A stretch of DNA of 64,000 nt from Centroscyllium fabricii (lineage: Eukaryota), in the NCBI GenBank assembly GCA_051313645.2, contig JBNRSN020000025.1:30132001-30196000 (forward strand), given 5' to 3'. Shown here in pieces: positions 59,941 to 64,000 of this stretch. The translations under genes and the position numbers were made by a program. How positions within the stretch are numbered: position 1 is the stretch's first letter; the number at the start of each line of letters is the position of its first letter. A model generated the notes under the pieces. The model did no database searches. It saw only the letters and a program-made list of their open reading frames with translations, and had not been told where the DNA came from.

Positions 59941-61649
59941 CTTGCAAAGTGAATACAATACAGCATTAGTACCAGAGAAATGAAAGGCTCTTCTATCCAA
60001 AAGAGAAGCTTGCCCGAGTCAGTGCTGGGACACAACAACAGCAGCAACAAGCAGCGACCCAGTGCCTTTAACATGGAACAACATCCCAAAGGTGCTTCAC
60101 AGAGGCACAATCAGACAGAAATGGACGCTTTGCCAAAGAAGGAGTGATTAGTAAAGGGTGACCAAAAGGTCAGTCAAAGAGGTGGGTTTTAAAGGGGGTC
60201 TTAAAAGAAGAGGAGGGGGTGGCTGGGGGGTTAGGGAGGGAGCTGGAGCTGCAGAGGGCAATTTTTAACTTTTACGCGCAAACACGGTAGACCTTCAGTG
60301 TTCTGAAGCCCCCCCCGCCTCCCCTCCATCCGTGTTTCAGACACTGATAGGAACAGGAGGAGACCAGTCACTCCCTCGAGCCTGTCCCGCCAGTCAATTG
60401 GATCATGGCTGGTCTGTATCTTAACTCCAGTTTCCCGCCTTGGTTCCGTAATCCTGAATTACCCTTGCCTATCAAACCCGAACAGACTAAGAAAAAGTGT
60501 TTCTGTACAGTTGTACCGAACCACCACTCCCAGCTTTTGAGCAGGTTCCCGTTGGTTTTATTTGTTTTTTCCAAGCTTCTCCGCTCCTCTGCGGAAGATG
60601 CTGATCCGAGCTGAGGTTCAGCTCCAAAGCAGCGGACCACCGACTGGTTCATTCTTTGTGTGTCAGGCCAGGCAGTGATAGCAGTGCGGGAGGGGGCAAA
60701 AACAGCCCAGCCCGATCTCTACCCCCCCTCCCCCCCTGATGCCCACAAATGTGCAGCTTCCAGCCGGGGTCACTGGATGATAGTGCTCAGGAGCTGGGTG
60801 CTGGGGGTCTTGCTGACTGGTCCTCTCTCGAGTCCCAAGGTTGATGAGGCCAATGGTAACGCTCTTTCCAGCTGCGATAAACTAACTCAGCGCGGACCGC
60901 GGATTGAATCTGGGAGCTCTCGGTCTGTATGTGGGTTAATTTTAACTTTGTGGTGGTAGTGTAAAGTGGACGCCCGTTATCCACCCCTTCTCCCTCCCTC
61001 ACCCCACCCACCCACCGCTGGTTTTCCTTCAATCGGGAGCGGTGCACAAACGGGCACCTGATGCGGTATCGCCTGTTTTGCAGCATCAGCGAAAGTTCAA
61101 ATGCCCCGCGGTGGCTCAGTCCCACAACGGGTGCTGCCGCTACCAATGTCAGCATCAGGGGGCGGGCTGCTTCAGATGGTGGTTCAGACATTCATGCCAG
61201 GAATTGTTGCCGGGCAGGTCTCCCGAATGGTGGAAGATCGGCAGAAACTCTGTCTACGGCCGCCAATCGGCAAAACCCCAAAATCCACGGGGACCAATAT
61301 TCTGATGTAAGTAAAGGTGGCAGGCATATCCCTGAGGCTCCTGACTGCCCTAAGAGGCTGGCAATCCTGGGGGATGGCAGTCTGCTTCCAGGAGGGGGAG
61401 GAGGGGCTGAGAGGGAAACCCCATCCCCCATCCCCCACAGAAATCATATCAGCAACCCATTGCACCCCCCGCCCGCTTTGTAAGGGGGCTAAAAATAAAG
61501 TTGTACCCCCAACAAGTCTTTGGGAGTCCAGGCCCGACCCTGGTGGTCCCAACATACACAAATAAAGAGCCAGTGTGCCTCCTTCGTTTCGGCATTACGA
61601 CCACCGTACGTCCACCAGGATTCCCAATGTAGCGAGCTCCCGCTCCCAG

Positions 61650-62020
61650 CCCTGCCCCTCTCCCTCTCCCTGCCCCCTCTCCCTCTCCCTGCCCCTCTCC
61701 CTATCCCTCTCCCTGCCCCTCCCCCTATCCCTCCCCCTCTCCCTCCCCCTCTCCCTATCCCTCTCCATCTCCCTCCCCCTCTCCCTGCCCCTCTCCCTCT
61801 CCATCTCCCTCCCCCTCTCCCTCTCCCTATCCCTGCCCCTCTCCCTATCCCTGCCCCTCTCCCTATCCCTGCCCTCTCCATCTCCCTCTCCCTGCCCTCT
61901 CCATCTCCCTCTCCCTGCCCTCTCCATCTCCCTGCCCCTCTCCCTATCCCTGCCCTCTCCCTGCCCTCTCCCTCTCCCTATCCCTGCCCTCTCCCTCTCC
62001 CTCTCGCTGCCCCTGCCCCT
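61650..62020. repeat. C/T-rich low-complexity repeat
   Basis: Tandem ccctct/ccctgc/ccctat hexamers. Confidence 0.95.
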
Positions 62021-63173
62021 GTCCCAGCTTCCTTGCATCACCCGCCTTAGGAAAGGCACACAAAAGTGTACTGAAAATTTAAAATGAAATAATTTCAAAT
62101 AAAGTTTGTGAAGTTAAATCTCCTATGCTAAATGGGGAGTTACTGTTGTTGGAGATTGAGTTTAGCACTCGTATACCATCAATACTCATGTTTCATCGAG
62201 TGAAAAATACAAAAGAAGCTCGGGGGGTGGGGATCGCAATTTTAACTGGCGGGATCGGGTGCAACGCTGGTTTTACTCCCCACCCGGTTTTACTTTCTGC
62301 TAATGTCAATATTGGGCGGGGTGTAAATCCAGCTTTCCACCCAATTCCTTGGGATTCCCATCCAGGGAGTTAGGTTAAAATCCCTCCACCTCCCCCACTC
62401 CCACCGCATCTAAGGATCTAAGGTGGAAAGCAGGCAGCAGAAGTTGATTTTTATTTTATTATTAAGAAATCTGAGTGAAGGTCCGAGGCCATATTGTGCA
62501 GGACACAGAGCACAGGCTGAACAGAGCAGCAGAGAACACAAGACAGATCAGGAAATAGGGATTAGGTGGCACTATGATTGGCTTTTGAAGCGTTTGAAAA
62601 CTTGGAGATTGTAGGAAGAAGTAATGGCAGAGGGAGGTAGAACTACACTTCTGAGAAGCTGGGAAATATTAGCAGGACTTGGAGACGGAGCAGTGTGTTT
62701 TGATTTCAACACAGTGAGGACGCAGAGAGGGACGGGTGTGTAGGATGGTGTATCGAAGAAGGTAGAGAAGCAGTAACCAAAGTAGCCTCAATAAAATAGT
62801 GAGGGACAAGGAAGGTGACGACAAGGAGAGAGAGGTTGGAGACCAGAGGTGAGAGTTGGATCTGGGCTCTTCCCATGTACCAGTCAGCTGTGAAAACTGA
62901 CTGGGCTTCAGACGAGGTATTGATGAACAGCAGCAGGAGATGCCAGTATCAGTCATTGGGAGCTAATCCATTCCAGTTCCCACTGGCTAATCCTCTTGTG
63001 CTTCGCTTGTTGCCATCTGTTTCGATCATTTGTGTAACTACTGGAACAAGGCCAGGTTTAGTGCTTTTTATTTACACTGTTTTTGTAAATTCTTTTCTCA
63101 TCAAACTGAGGGGTGTTAGTGTTTGGGGATGGAACACTTCCAGCATTAACCATCCACAGCTGAAGCACAGCTA

Positions 63174-64000
63174 GTTAGATACAGAGTAAAGCTCCCTCTA
63201 CACCTCGACACTGTCCCATCAAACACTCCCAGGGCAGGTACAGCATGGGATAGATACAGAGTAAAGCTCCCTCTACACTGTCCCATCAAACACTCCCAGG
63301 GCAGGTACAGCACGGATTAGATACAGAGTAAAGCTCCCTCTACACTGTCCCATCAAACATTCCCAGGAGAGGTACAGCACGTGATGGATACAGAGTAAAA
63401 CTCCCTCTACACTGTCCCATCAAACACTCCCAGGGCAGGTATAGCACGGGTTAGATACAGAGTAAAACTCCCTCTGCACTGTCCCATCAAACACTCCCAG
63501 GGCAGGCTCAGCCCGGGGTAGATACAGAGTAAAGCTCCCTCTACACTGTCCCATCAAACACTCCCAGGACAGGTACAGCACGGGTTAGATACAGAGTAAA
63601 ACTCCCTCTGCACTGTCCCATCAAACACTCCCAGGGCAGGTACATTATGGGTTAGATACAGAGTAAACCTTCCTCAACACTGTCCCATCAAACATTCCCA
63701 GGAGACGTACAGCACGTGTTAGATACAGAGTAAAGCTCCCTCTACACTGTCCCATCAAACACTCCCAGGACAGGTACAGCATGGGTTAGATACAGAGTAA
63801 AGCTCCCTCTGCACTGTCCCATCAAACACTCCCAGGGCAGGTACATCATGGGTTAGATACAGAGTAAAGCTCCCTCTGCACTGTCCCATCAAACACTCCC
63901 AGGGCAGGTACATCATGGGTTAGATACAGAGTAAAGCTCCCTCTACACTGTCCCATCAAACACTCCCAGGGCAGGCTCAGCCCGGGGTAGATACAGAATA
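63174..64000. repeat. 67-bp satellite, at least 12 units, running off the window
   Basis: gatacagagtaaagctccctctacactgtcccatcaaacactcccagggcaggtacagcacgggtta with period 67 (63253 to 63320). Confidence 0.97.

Noticed and set aside
61489-62098. Pro/Leu-rich and Arg/Glu/Gly-rich ORFs
   Set aside because: Translations of the C/T-rich low-complexity tract.
59941-64000. Next upstream CAMTA1 exon (ending YRKYKQ)
   Set aside because: I could not find it by eye, so it probably lies beyond the window.

Overview
This is eukaryotic, repeat-rich vertebrate DNA. The repeat families (V-SINE/HE1-type, Deu-type SINE, CR1, L2, RTE, Penelope-like) point to a cartilaginous fish, which is an inference from repeat content only. 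The only host gene I can support is the 3' end of CAMTA1 on the minus strand. It has five small exons: a 21-nt LTWIALK microexon (59920-59940), an IQ-motif exon (56186-56379), a 75-nt exon (54345-54419), a frame-shifting 31-nt cassette exon (48230-48260) and, after a 36-kb intron, a terminal exon open in two reading frames (from 11871). A probable long 3' UTR follows, to about 5.65 kb. Almost all entries in the ORF track are repeat or low-complexity artefacts. The most notable observations are: (1) Penelope-like insertions carrying minimal hammerhead ribozyme motifs in inverted, TSD-flanked arrangements, including one copy that starts at the predicted cleavage site; (2) a splicing-motif cluster around the frame-switch exon; (3) a PIF/Harbinger-type MITE family carrying a conserved RFX X-box/TGACATCA/CCAAT module; (4) SINE tail swapping; (5) a 67-bp satellite apparently derived from a SINE segment; and (6) multilayer nested insertions. 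No database searches were run, so family names come from recalled sequence features. Repeat boundaries without TSDs are approximate.
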